This document shows, one piece after another, positions 18,742-28,109 of a stretch of DNA of 64,000 bases. The notes under the pieces are model-generated. The model saw only the letters and a list, made by a program, of their open reading frames with translations. It had not been told where the DNA came from and did no database searches. This DNA comes from a virus (taxonomy: Duplodnaviria; Caudoviricetes). The stretch is taken from the IMG/VR virus record IMGVR_UViG_3300028591_005215, positions 160,001 to 224,000 of that record; one strand, 5' to 3'. Numbering within the stretch: position 1 is the first letter of the stretch; each line of letters starts with the position of its first letter. Both the position numbers and the translations under genes were made by a program.

Positions 18742-20010
18742 ATGCCAAGACGTAAAATGTCTGAAGAAGACGAAAAAAATTTGAAATTGTTACAGGCTCA
18801 AAATGAAATGTATGAGCGTACTAAAGAAGAAATTAAACTACGTGGTACTAAAGAAGCCATGCGAAGAACTGAAGAAGCTCAAAAAGATGGCATGAGTCAA
18901 ATCAAAATGCTACTTGATGACAATAATGTAGATGAAAAATTAGAAACTACTAATAGTAATGATGACAATGATGACATATTCGCAATTCTTGAGGAGCATG
19001 CACAAAAAGAAAAAAGTGTTAAAGTGGAGAGTAATAGGGGCTTTGAAGAACCTACGGCAACAGTTATTGAGGAAGTTGTCAAGGAAGATGCAAAACAAAC
19101 TTTACCTGATATAAATTATGGTGATGGCGCTGAAGCTTATGATATTATACCGCTACCAAGTAATGGTGAGTGCTATAAATCAAAAAATTCAAGGATACCT
19201 GTATCATATCTTACTGCGTATGATGAAAATTTAATTACATCACCTAACTTATATCGTGATGGATTAGTAATCGACCTACTTTTGAAAAATAAAGTAAAAG
19301 ATGAATCAATTGATATTGATTCATTAGTAAGTGGTGATGTTGATGCTATCATTTTATTTTTACGAGCAACAAGTTATGGAGTTGATTTCCCTATTTCTGT
19401 TACTGACCCTAAAACAGGTAAAGAAATTGAAACAAGTGTAGATTTAAGCAAGATTAAAACAAAAGAATTTAAGCTTAAAGGAGACGAAAATGGATATTTT
19501 GACTATACATTACCAATTACTAAAAAAGTAGTTAAATTCAAATATCTTACAAGGAAGGAAGAAAAAGATTTAAAAACTTTGAACGACCTTGAAAATAAGT
19601 CCATTGTTGCCATGAACCTTAAAGCTGCTGAAGAAATGATTGGCAATGCGCTTAAAATAGATGATGTGCTTGATATTAAGCAAAAGCAAGCAATTTTTGA
19701 AAACAATAGGAAAATTGAAGATTGGGCTAAAAAAATTGAAGCAAAACGTAAAGTACAATTTAACAAAACTATAACAAATAGATTGGAAATGCAAGTTGTC
19801 TCTATTGATGGTGAAACCGATAGAAAAAAAGTTAGACAATTAATTAACACAATGCCTGCAAATGATTCTTTGCATTTAAGAAGGTATATTATTGAGAATG
19901 AACCTGGCCTTGATTTTGAAATTGAAATTGAACGTCCTGAGTCAATGGGAGGTGGCTCATTTAAAACCTTTCTTGAGTGGACAGATACTGTTTTCCTCAA
20001 TATCGCCTAA
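18742..20010 (+). CDS. tail/baseplate-hub assembly chaperone (T4 gp26-like)
   Basis: IIPLPSNGECY..YLTAYDENLITSPNL..LVSGDVDAIILFLRATSYG..VKFKYLT..DSLHLRRYI; lies just upstream of the tape measure gene. Confidence 0.75.
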   Translation: MPRRKMSEEDEKNLKLLQAQNEMYERTKEEIKLRGTKEAMRRTEEAQKDGMSQIKMLLDDNNVDEKLETTNSNDDNDDIFAILEEHAQKEKSVKVESNRGFEEPTATVIEEVVKEDAKQTLPDINYGDGAEAYDIIPLPSNGECYKSKNSRIPVSYLTAYDENLITSPNLYRDGLVIDLLLKNKVKDESIDIDSLVSGDVDAIILFLRATSYGVDFPISVTDPKTGKEIETSVDLSKIKTKEFKLKGDENGYFDYTLPITKKVVKFKYLTRKEEKDLKTLNDLENKSIVAMNLKAAEEMIGNALKIDDVLDIKQKQAIFENNRKIEDWAKKIEAKRKVQFNKTITNRLEMQVVSIDGETDRKKVRQLINTMPANDSLHLRRYIIENEPGLDFEIEIERPESMGGGSFKTFLEWTDTVFLNIA

Positions 20011-20251
20011 TTATGCACAAAATCTTCTTGATGAACTTTGGGGATGCTTTAAGCATATGCATATGAGGTTTAATGAATTGAAGACTATGCCTACAAGGGA
20101 TAGAAAATATTATATCCATAAGCATAATCGTGAAGTTGAAGAAGAAAACGAACGCTATAAAAAACGTGAAAGGGGTGGTAAATCTACAGATGTAATAGAT
20201 AAATACACTGATATGGAACAGGAAAATTTAAAAAATGCAAGTAAACGATAA
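19991..20251 (+). CDS. gp51-like chaperone extension, probably made by a frameshift from the upstream ORF
   Basis: SPNYAQNLLDELWGCFKH..FNELKTMPTRDRKYYI; +1 frame relative to 18742; no convincing start of its own before the conserved-looking part. Confidence 0.55.
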   Translation, partial: FSSISPNYAQNLLDELWGCFKHMHMRFNELKTMPTRDRKYYIHKHNREVEEENERYKKRERGGKSTDVIDKYTDMEQENLKNASKR

Positions 20252-20284
20252 AAAATGGGAACTATTTAAATAGTTCCCATTTTT
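20251..20284 (+). terminator. perfect 34-bp palindrome / bidirectional terminator
   Basis: AAAAATGGGAACTATTT|AAATAGTTCCCATTTTT. Confidence 0.8.
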
Positions 20285-20353
20285 GTTTTTAATTTGTATA
20301 AAATGCGCTATTTATAGATAATAATAACACGTAAAAATTATAAAAAAGAATAT

Positions 20354-23300
20354 ATGGCAGCACCAGCTATAATTGGATTGATTGGTAAATTTGCTCAAGG
20401 GCTTAATATGGCAGGTAAAGGGCTTAATATGGCAGGTAAAGGTGTTAAAATGGCATCACAATTAGGTAAAGCTATAGGGGGTGTTACAAGTAACATTGCT
20501 AACCAAACTAACAAATGGATGGATTTGCAAGATGTAGCATTCAAGACTGCTCGTACTATGGGCTTAAGTAGGCAAGAAGCCATGAAAATGGACCGACAAC
20601 TCATGCAGCAAATTAAAGAATTTGGGCGTGAGTATGGTGTTACTGCTGAACAAATTGCAAAATATCAAGAAGATTATTCACAAGCTACAGGACGTAATAT
20701 CCAATTAACTAAGGACCAAATAGAGCAAACAATAGCCCTTGGCAATATTACTGATGAAGCAACTGCATCAAGTATAATAGACCAATTTGATACTTTAGGA
20801 ACAGGTGTTGAAGATGCATTAGCATATACTGGACAATTGCAAGAAAGAGCTAAATATTTAGGTCTTAATGCGATTAAAGCGTCTAAAACATTTGCAGATA
20901 ATATTGAATTAGCGTCATCATATTCATTTAAAAATGGCATTGATGGCATCGAAAAAATGGTGTTAAAATCACAGTCGTTAAAAATGAATATGCAAGCAGT
21001 AATGACTGCTTCTGATAAATTTAGCTCTATAGAGGGTGCAATAAAAACATCTGCAAATATACAAATGTTGGGCGGAAGTTTTGCACAACAATTTAGTAAC
21101 CCTATGGGTGCTTTGTATGAATCAATGGCTGACCCAGCTGCTTTCCAAGAAAGACTAATTAAGACTGTTGAAGGCAAGGGCAGATATGACTCTAAAACTG
21201 GACAGGTTACTTTCGACCCTGTAACAATGATGCAGATGAAAGAAATGGCTAACCAGTTAGGTATAGATGTAAAAGAACTAACAAGGGGCGCATCTGCAAC
21301 TGCACAGAATAATGCTATAAATCAAGAACTTAGGGGTAATTGGTCAAAAGACCAACAAACAGCAATACAAGATTTAGCGAGAACTAATTTTGATGAAAAA
21401 ACAGGTAAGCATTTTGTAAAACTTCTTGATAAATTTGGTAATGAAGAAAAAGTAAATGTAGAAGATTTAACAGAAGAACAATTAAAACAAGCCCAAGATA
21501 GCGCATTAACACAAGATAACATGTGGAAAGATGTGCATGCTATTAAGGAAACTATTGTTGGTTCTTCAATGGGTAGAAGTAGACAAAATCGTTCGGCTAA
21601 AGAAAATCTTAATGGGTTTAGGGAATCATCAAAAGGATTCTTTGCACAATTTGAGAACTTTTTTATGCCTACTATTTCAGGTTTATTAAATGGTGGTAAC
21701 GGTGTTTTTGGTGAAACTGTTGCTAAACCATCAATCCCATTTGGTATGAATCCATTTTATAGTGGTGATATTAATGGACCTGATATGGGTGAAAACCATT
21801 TTGCTGAAGGTGGTGTAGTACAGCCTGTACACGCTGCTGAAGGAATGGTTGTACCAGGTGACAGTTATATTGGTGATAAAGTACCAGCGATGCTTAATTC
21901 TAATGAAATGGTAATAAATGAACAACAGCAAAGTGGGCTGTTTAGTTTGTTATCTATGTTAGGAAAAGTTGGTGTTAGGGCTTTTATTGGTAACAAAATA
22001 GGGCAAAAGTTAGGCGTAGGAAACTTAGGGTATCAAGGAATGGCTATGTCAGCACTTAGTGGTGATGATATGACTTCATCAATGATACAGCTTGCCATGT
22101 TCAAGAAAATAGGTGGCTTAGGTAATTTATATGGGCATATAACAAATCCTATGACATACCAAGAAAGTGCTAAAAATCCCATGGGTAATGATATTCCATC
22201 TTTTTGGGATTATTTTGGAATTGATGCTAAAAAAGACAAAAATGGCAGATGGAGAAATTCTAAAGGTAGATTTACCAAATCACCATTTAAACAATTAATG
22301 CCAAAAACATCTAAAGAACTTGCTGAATTTAATAAAAGCATTAACGCTACCTCATTAAAATTTAAAGGCTTAGTAGAAAAAACGAGTAAACTAGGTAATG
22401 TATTTTCTAAGGTAGGGAAATTTGGCGAAAAAATTAGCACAGCAATATTACATTTTGGCAAAAATAGAGCGCTTGACGCAGCTATGCTTGGAATGAAAGC
22501 AAAAGATAAGCTTAATGCTGCTTTTCAAAGCGAATCATTTGGCAAATTTTCAAAGCCTTTTGCTGCTGTTGGTAATTTTGGCAAAAAAGTCGGAAGCAGT
22601 GTAATTAAATTTGGCAAAAATAGAGCGCTTGACGCAGCTATGCTTGGAATGAAAGCAAAAGATAAGCTTAATGCTGTATTGAGAAGCGAAGTAGTTGGTA
22701 AAATTTCAAAGCCTTTTGTTAGTGTTGCTAATTTCAGTAAGAAAACTGGAAACGGAGTTAGTAAAATTGGGAAAGCGTTATATAATGACACTGGCAGATT
22801 AGTAAATAGGGGTAAAGCACTACAAAGGTTAACAAGAATTAAATCAGCAAACAGTATAGGCAATACTGCTGGAAAAATTGCAAAAGAATCTAAGCTTTTA
22901 AAACCTATAGGTAAACTTTTAGGTAGTAGCGGGGGAAAATTAGTTGGTGGTTTAAGTAAAAAAATACCTATTGTAGGTAGCTTAATAACAGCAGGCATGG
23001 CTGTTAGTGATATCATGGATGCTTCAAGCAGATTTGACGCTAAAAAAGCTGATATCGTAAATTCTAATATGTCTGAAAGAGAAAAGAAAGCAGCTATCAA
23101 TGAAGCTACTGATGAAAAACATGGAGAGCAAGGAAAAGCTGTTGGTAGTGCCGTTGGGTCAACTGCTGGCATGGTAATAGGCGGAGCATTAGGTACAGCA
23201 TTAGGCCCAATAGGCTCAGCATTAGGCGCAGCTGCAGGTGGCTTCATCGGTGATAAAATTGGTGGTGCAATTGGAAGCTTAGCAAAACCTTTAAGCAAGA

Positions 23301-23881
23301 TGGCACGTGGATTCGGTGATTTCTTGTTTGGAAGTGATGATGAAAAAACAGCTTCATTTACTGATGAAGAGTTAGCTGACCCACAATTAGCAGAAAAGGC
23401 ATATTCTTCAACAATAAAGATATATGAATTAATGCTTAAGCAAAATGGCGGAGGTGTTATCGGTAAAGCTGGTGAAGCAATAACAAGCGTAGCTACTGCC
23501 CCTTTGCAAATTGCAAGTAGTGTTTTAGGTGGGATAGGTAAAGAAATTAGTGGTCTATTTGGAGCACCTCAGACACCAAAAGTAGAATCATTACCTGTTG
23601 TTGGTCAAAAGCAAACAATTAATGAGAATAGTGCTACAATTAGCACAACACCAATTAACGTAGGACCTCAAGATATTAATCTTAACGTAAGTGGTACTAT
23701 AAAATTAGATTTAGGTGGAAGGCAAGCTGACTTTGATACAAATAAGTTATTTAACAGTCCTGAATTTAAAGCACAATTAGCCGAAATTATTTCAAGGAAA
23801 CTTAATGATATGGGTAATGGTGGAAAATATAACAAAGAAACAAGTGTAAGAAACACACAGAAAATGTATAATAAGATTTAA
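20354..23881 (+). CDS. tape measure protein
   Basis: long helical A/G/K-rich protein after the chaperone; FAEGGVV..GDKVPAMLNSNEMV motif; Gly-rich hydrophobic C-terminal segment. Confidence 0.85.
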   Translation: MAAPAIIGLIGKFAQGLNMAGKGLNMAGKGVKMASQLGKAIGGVTSNIANQTNKWMDLQDVAFKTARTMGLSRQEAMKMDRQLMQQIKEFGREYGVTAEQIAKYQEDYSQATGRNIQLTKDQIEQTIALGNITDEATASSIIDQFDTLGTGVEDALAYTGQLQERAKYLGLNAIKASKTFADNIELASSYSFKNGIDGIEKMVLKSQSLKMNMQAVMTASDKFSSIEGAIKTSANIQMLGGSFAQQFSNPMGALYESMADPAAFQERLIKTVEGKGRYDSKTGQVTFDPVTMMQMKEMANQLGIDVKELTRGASATAQNNAINQELRGNWSKDQQTAIQDLARTNFDEKTGKHFVKLLDKFGNEEKVNVEDLTEEQLKQAQDSALTQDNMWKDVHAIKETIVGSSMGRSRQNRSAKENLNGFRESSKGFFAQFENFFMPTISGLLNGGNGVFGETVAKPSIPFGMNPFYSGDINGPDMGENHFAEGGVVQPVHAAEGMVVPGDSYIGDKVPAMLNSNEMVINEQQQSGLFSLLSMLGKVGVRAFIGNKIGQKLGVGNLGYQGMAMSALSGDDMTSSMIQLAMFKKIGGLGNLYGHITNPMTYQESAKNPMGNDIPSFWDYFGIDAKKDKNGRWRNSKGRFTKSPFKQLMPKTSKELAEFNKSINATSLKFKGLVEKTSKLGNVFSKVGKFGEKISTAILHFGKNRALDAAMLGMKAKDKLNAAFQSESFGKFSKPFAAVGNFGKKVGSSVIKFGKNRALDAAMLGMKAKDKLNAVLRSEVVGKISKPFVSVANFSKKTGNGVSKIGKALYNDTGRLVNRGKALQRLTRIKSANSIGNTAGKIAKESKLLKPIGKLLGSSGGKLVGGLSKKIPIVGSLITAGMAVSDIMDASSRFDAKKADIVNSNMSEREKKAAINEATDEKHGEQGKAVGSAVGSTAGMVIGGALGTALGPIGSALGAAAGGFIGDKIGGAIGSLAKPLSKMARGFGDFLFGSDDEKTASFTDEELADPQLAEKAYSSTIKIYELMLKQNGGGVIGKAGEAITSVATAPLQIASSVLGGIGKEISGLFGAPQTPKVESLPVVGQKQTINENSATISTTPINVGPQDINLNVSGTIKLDLGGRQADFDTNKLFNSPEFKAQLAEIISRKLNDMGNGGKYNKETSVRNTQKMYNKI
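22454..22676 (+). repeat. exact 67-bp direct repeat in the tape measure gene (period 156 bp)
   Basis: TTTGGCAAAAATAGAGCGCTTGACGCAGC...CTTAATGCTG at 22454-22520 and 22610-22676. Confidence 0.95.
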
Positions 23882-23933
23882 TGTTAGTTTCTCTTTATCT
23901 TAGTAATAAAAAATGATATATTTTATATAAAAT

Positions 23934-26900
23934 ATGGCAATAGTTGATAAAATAATAGACGTTTTAGATAGCTTTGTTGTAAGACCTATTGGTGTCTACA
24001 ACAAAGACTATCGTTTCATGGTTGAACATTTGGATAGGAATATAGGTAATCATGAATTAGAATATAGTGACGGATATTCTACTCCAATAGGTCAACTTTC
24101 AAACCCTTATTACAATGCACAAATAGGTAAAACGCCTTGGTTTTTTGCTGATTCAGATAAAGCACAGGTTGCTAATTATTTAGATTATATAGCATTAACA
24201 TATAATTCTACTGATGGTATAACCAGCATTAATGAAAAAGTTAGTTTTCCTACTGACTTGGATTCAATAAAAGTTGGTAAAATAAGTGGTTCTAAATTAA
24301 ATGATGTTTTATCATCTTCTGATGAATATCCATCTGTAAACCCTAATGATGACGTAAAAGATACAAAATTAGGTAAAGAAAGTGGGTATTTTGTAAAGCA
24401 AGCATTGAAGTTGTCTATAAAAGAAAATGACAAACATAATGCTAAAAAGTTCTCCATTTCAAAATCTATGGGTGAATATTTTGGGCTTAATACAGATGCT
24501 TACAATAATGGCATTTTAACAAAATATGTTGCACCTAATGAGAAAACTGGGAGATATGAAGACTTTTCGCCATTAGATAGTAATATTAGTCCTGTATACA
24601 CAACTTCATCTAAGTGGGGTAATTATAAAGGCCTTGGTGTTTATGAAGAATTTTATAAATCTACGCCATCGGTAACTACAATGTCATATATCAATGACAA
24701 TATAGGGAAAAATAAATATAAACCTAATTTACCTGATGAATCTAATAATTTGAATTACTTAGATTCAATGAAAATAGCAGTAGGAAAAAGCACTGATTAT
24801 AATGGTTCTGAAATTAGGTATATTTTTAACACTTTACATACAAGTGATACTGTTTATAATAATGAGGGCCATACTACAGGTAGCCTTATTGGTGGCTTGA
24901 AAGCATATGGAGAACAAGAAGCAGGTTCTACGCATAGTTATAAATTCAAGACATTTAATAGTGGTGTAAATTTTGGTAAATATAGTACATTTGATACTGA
25001 CCCTATTGGTGTTGATGATTTACTAAATAAAACTAACCAAGGTTTTATGAAAGGTAAATATGACACGTTGGTCGCAAGATTTCATACTTCTACTGATTAC
25101 CCTAATGATGATTTAATGTCATCTTCTGTTAGTAAAGCATATGGCATGTCACATGGTAGAAATCTTCTACGAGGGGACGCTAAAAATGGCAAAACCTTTA
25201 CAAGTACTGATGTTGGTAACGGATATGATAACCCATATTGCCGTGTATGGACTTACCACCACCAATACCATAGAATGAAGGATGCTATTAGGCCATTTGC
25301 CACTGATGAACCAGATGGCTCATCACCAATGACACCTAAAGAAATGCAAGATAGGTATAATTTTGGTGCTTTTAGAACAGGTGATTTATATGGCTTAGGA
25401 AGTGGTGGTGAAAGACTTACTAAATATGGAGTGTTGGGCTATAAAACTAACGCTGGACTTGTTAATATAGCACCTAAAAAGGGTGTTGATATTAAGAGCT
25501 GTATGTTTTCAATAGAAAACTTAGCTTGGAAGGGAATGTTTACACCAGGTAGTAAAACTTACGAAACAAATGGCTTGTCAGCAGAACAAAAAGGACCATT
25601 TGGTGGTAGAATAATGTGGTTTCCTCCTTATGACATTAAGTTTAGCGAAAATGTAACAGCTAATTGGGCTAACACAAGTTTCATAGGAAGGGGTGAAGAT
25701 ATATATACTTATACAAATACATCAAGGGATGGGCAATTAAGCTTTAAATTACTTATAGACCATCCTGCTATACTTGATTATTGGAAGCGTAGAAATGAAA
25801 CCGATGGTTCGTCAAACGTTGACGATGTAGATTCACCAGAACAACAGTTATTAAGGTTTTTTGCTGGGTGTGAAATGTTAACATCAAAAACGCAGCCAAT
25901 TGAAACACCACCATCTGTTGCAGTAGATGAGCCTGAACCTGCACCTACAACAAAGGCATTTACTTTCTTTGTTTTCTTCCCTAATGATTATAGTGGGCAA
26001 GATGATAGAGCTAACAATTTAGCAATACCTTACCTTTTAAATGGCGTAGGCACACAATATTATTATAATGCAAATCAAGGGTCTGTTAGGGCTAATCCTG
26101 ATATGTACCCTTGGACAACCACTAAAGGTACTACGATTGGTGGATATGAGGTTAGAAGTAATGGCATTAGTATTGTGACAAACCCTGTTAGTAATGATGG
26201 TAAAACTGGCAATACAAGGTCTTTTGCCACCACAGTGAAACATAATAACAGTAATTATTACTTAGCTAAGCAAATTGGCGATTATAAAGGAAAACGCATA
26301 GAATGGTATTATAGAGTAGATAATAAACGTAGAAATGAAAAATTGGTACTTAATATTGATTATATTGACACAAAAAGCTTTAAGTTAAATAGTGGTGGTA
26401 ATCAAGATTCTATTAGAAAAACTTTTAATATCAGTGATGATATGCCTTTGTATTCGCTGACTGATGTTTATGCTGCTATAACCAATGATTCAGTTGGCTT
26501 AAATACTTTAAATGGATGTTATAACGAAGCAAATGTAAAAAATATAAAAAATATAATTAAAAATTATGGAATAAAGCAAGTTACAGTAAAAGGATGGGCA
26601 TCAAGTCATGGTATAACGCAAAATGTATCAAGAAATAATGATTTGAATAAAAATAGACGTGATACAGTTTTGTCTTGGCTTAAATCTATGCCATCGTTTA
26701 ACACAAATAATATTGATTATAAACCATTAACAGGCGGTGTTGGTCCTGGGCCAACTGCAAGTAATGTTAGTGATTTAAAACCTAAATTGTATAGATGCGC
26801 TGAAGTAACAGTTTATGTTAACACAGAAAAAGTTTCTAACGCTAAGAATACTGTAACAGAAAAGAAAACAAGTACTAACTCAGATGCTTTTGATGCTGCA

Positions 26901-27779
26901 TCAAATACACAAGCATACAATACTAATAATTATGTTAGTGGCACTACGAATGAAACACCTGTTATGAGTACGCTAACACATTGGCCTAAAACTAATTTAC
27001 AGTTTGAAAAAGGTACAACTTTCTTAAATAGTGTTAATACGATAAAAACTAAAGTAAACTCTTTTAAAAGGACGAATGGTGTTAATGACTCAAATACTAA
27101 TGCTATTAATAATAAGACGACAACACAGGCTTCTACAGCAACTGAAGTAGATGTTAAGGCAGGAAAAACTACAAATAAAGGTGCTGAATCAAAAGCTTAT
27201 AATGAACAAATATCGGATAATACCATTAGAAGGTATGATAATGAAGCTGATTTCTTTAAAGGTCTTGAAATGAACGACCCATTTATGAGACAAAAAATTA
27301 GTGAAAAGATAAAATATTTCGACCCTGCATTTCATTCAATCAGTCCTGAAGGATTTAATGCAAGGCTTAATTTCTTACAACAATGTACAAGGCAAGGACC
27401 TACTATAGGTGGTAGCGATTTATCTGATAATATAGGTATTACAGCTAATAACTTATCATTTGGCAGACCACCTGTTTGTATCTTGAGAATTGGTGATTTT
27501 TACTACACTAAAGTCATCATAACATCATTATCAATAGATTATGACCCATTGTTGTGGGATTTAAATTCTGAAGGAATTGGTGTAATGCCTATGATAGCTA
27601 ACGTAAGTATGTCATTCCATTTCATTGGGGGCAGTAACCTTACAGGACCTGTCGAAAGGCTTCAAAATGCATTGTCATTCAACTATTATGCTAATACCGA
27701 GGTATATGATGATAGGGCTGAACAAATTAACTATAATAACCAAGGTGAAATAGATAAATTTAAAACTTTCCCTTATTAA
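23934..27779 (+). CDS. baseplate tail-tube initiator-like protein with an inserted OmpA-like domain
   Basis: FPPYDIKFSENVTANW..IGRGEDIYTYTNTSR and PPVCILRIGDFY..PMIANVSMSFHFIG flank VTVKGWASS..NNDLNKNRRDTVLSWL..RCAEV. Confidence 0.65.
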   Translation: MAIVDKIIDVLDSFVVRPIGVYNKDYRFMVEHLDRNIGNHELEYSDGYSTPIGQLSNPYYNAQIGKTPWFFADSDKAQVANYLDYIALTYNSTDGITSINEKVSFPTDLDSIKVGKISGSKLNDVLSSSDEYPSVNPNDDVKDTKLGKESGYFVKQALKLSIKENDKHNAKKFSISKSMGEYFGLNTDAYNNGILTKYVAPNEKTGRYEDFSPLDSNISPVYTTSSKWGNYKGLGVYEEFYKSTPSVTTMSYINDNIGKNKYKPNLPDESNNLNYLDSMKIAVGKSTDYNGSEIRYIFNTLHTSDTVYNNEGHTTGSLIGGLKAYGEQEAGSTHSYKFKTFNSGVNFGKYSTFDTDPIGVDDLLNKTNQGFMKGKYDTLVARFHTSTDYPNDDLMSSSVSKAYGMSHGRNLLRGDAKNGKTFTSTDVGNGYDNPYCRVWTYHHQYHRMKDAIRPFATDEPDGSSPMTPKEMQDRYNFGAFRTGDLYGLGSGGERLTKYGVLGYKTNAGLVNIAPKKGVDIKSCMFSIENLAWKGMFTPGSKTYETNGLSAEQKGPFGGRIMWFPPYDIKFSENVTANWANTSFIGRGEDIYTYTNTSRDGQLSFKLLIDHPAILDYWKRRNETDGSSNVDDVDSPEQQLLRFFAGCEMLTSKTQPIETPPSVAVDEPEPAPTTKAFTFFVFFPNDYSGQDDRANNLAIPYLLNGVGTQYYYNANQGSVRANPDMYPWTTTKGTTIGGYEVRSNGISIVTNPVSNDGKTGNTRSFATTVKHNNSNYYLAKQIGDYKGKRIEWYYRVDNKRRNEKLVLNIDYIDTKSFKLNSGGNQDSIRKTFNISDDMPLYSLTDVYAAITNDSVGLNTLNGCYNEANVKNIKNIIKNYGIKQVTVKGWASSHGITQNVSRNNDLNKNRRDTVLSWLKSMPSFNTNNIDYKPLTGGVGPGPTASNVSDLKPKLYRCAEVTVYVNTEKVSNAKNTVTEKKTSTNSDAFDAASNTQAYNTNNYVSGTTNETPVMSTLTHWPKTNLQFEKGTTFLNSVNTIKTKVNSFKRTNGVNDSNTNAINNKTTTQASTATEVDVKAGKTTNKGAESKAYNEQISDNTIRRYDNEADFFKGLEMNDPFMRQKISEKIKYFDPAFHSISPEGFNARLNFLQQCTRQGPTIGGSDLSDNIGITANNLSFGRPPVCILRIGDFYYTKVIITSLSIDYDPLLWDLNSEGIGVMPMIANVSMSFHFIGGSNLTGPVERLQNALSFNYYANTEVYDDRAEQINYNNQGEIDKFKTFPY

Positions 27780-27790
27780 ACAATTAAAAA

Positions 27791-28108
27791 ATGAGTTACG
27801 ATAGATATTCAAAATTCAGGTCGAATGGTACAATTAAATTTGTACCATTCATACCTATTAAGGAAAAATCAACTGATTTATATGATTATTATAAAGAGGG
27901 TGAAACACGATTAGATTTACTATCTTATCAATATTATGAAGACCCTAATTATGATTGGCTAATAATGCAAGCCAATCCAGAATATGGTTCTTTAGAATAC
28001 CAAATACCAAATGGTGCAAAACTTAGAATACCTTATCCATTAGATGCTACTTTAATGCAATATAATTCGGATATTGATACTTATAATGTACTTTATGGAG
28101 TAAATTAA
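27791..28108 (+). CDS. baseplate wedge gp53 / tail-X LysM-like protein
   Basis: GETRLDLLSYQYYEDPNYDWLIMQANP..IPNGAKLRIP. Confidence 0.85.
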   Translation: MSYDRYSKFRSNGTIKFVPFIPIKEKSTDLYDYYKEGETRLDLLSYQYYEDPNYDWLIMQANPEYGSLEYQIPNGAKLRIPYPLDATLMQYNSDIDTYNVLYGVN

Positions 28109-28109
28109 T

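Noticed and set aside
19892-19990. Annotated start of the 119-aa ORF
   Set aside because: The first ~33 codons overlap the chaperone in another frame and look non-conserved; a frameshift explains the ORF better, although this is unproven
19503-23856. Long antisense ORFs (e.g. 19503-20000, 20674-21177, 22525-23298) and similar short shadow ORFs elsewhere
   Set aside because: They lie opposite well-supported genes, have no motifs, and are explained by codon bias of the sense strand
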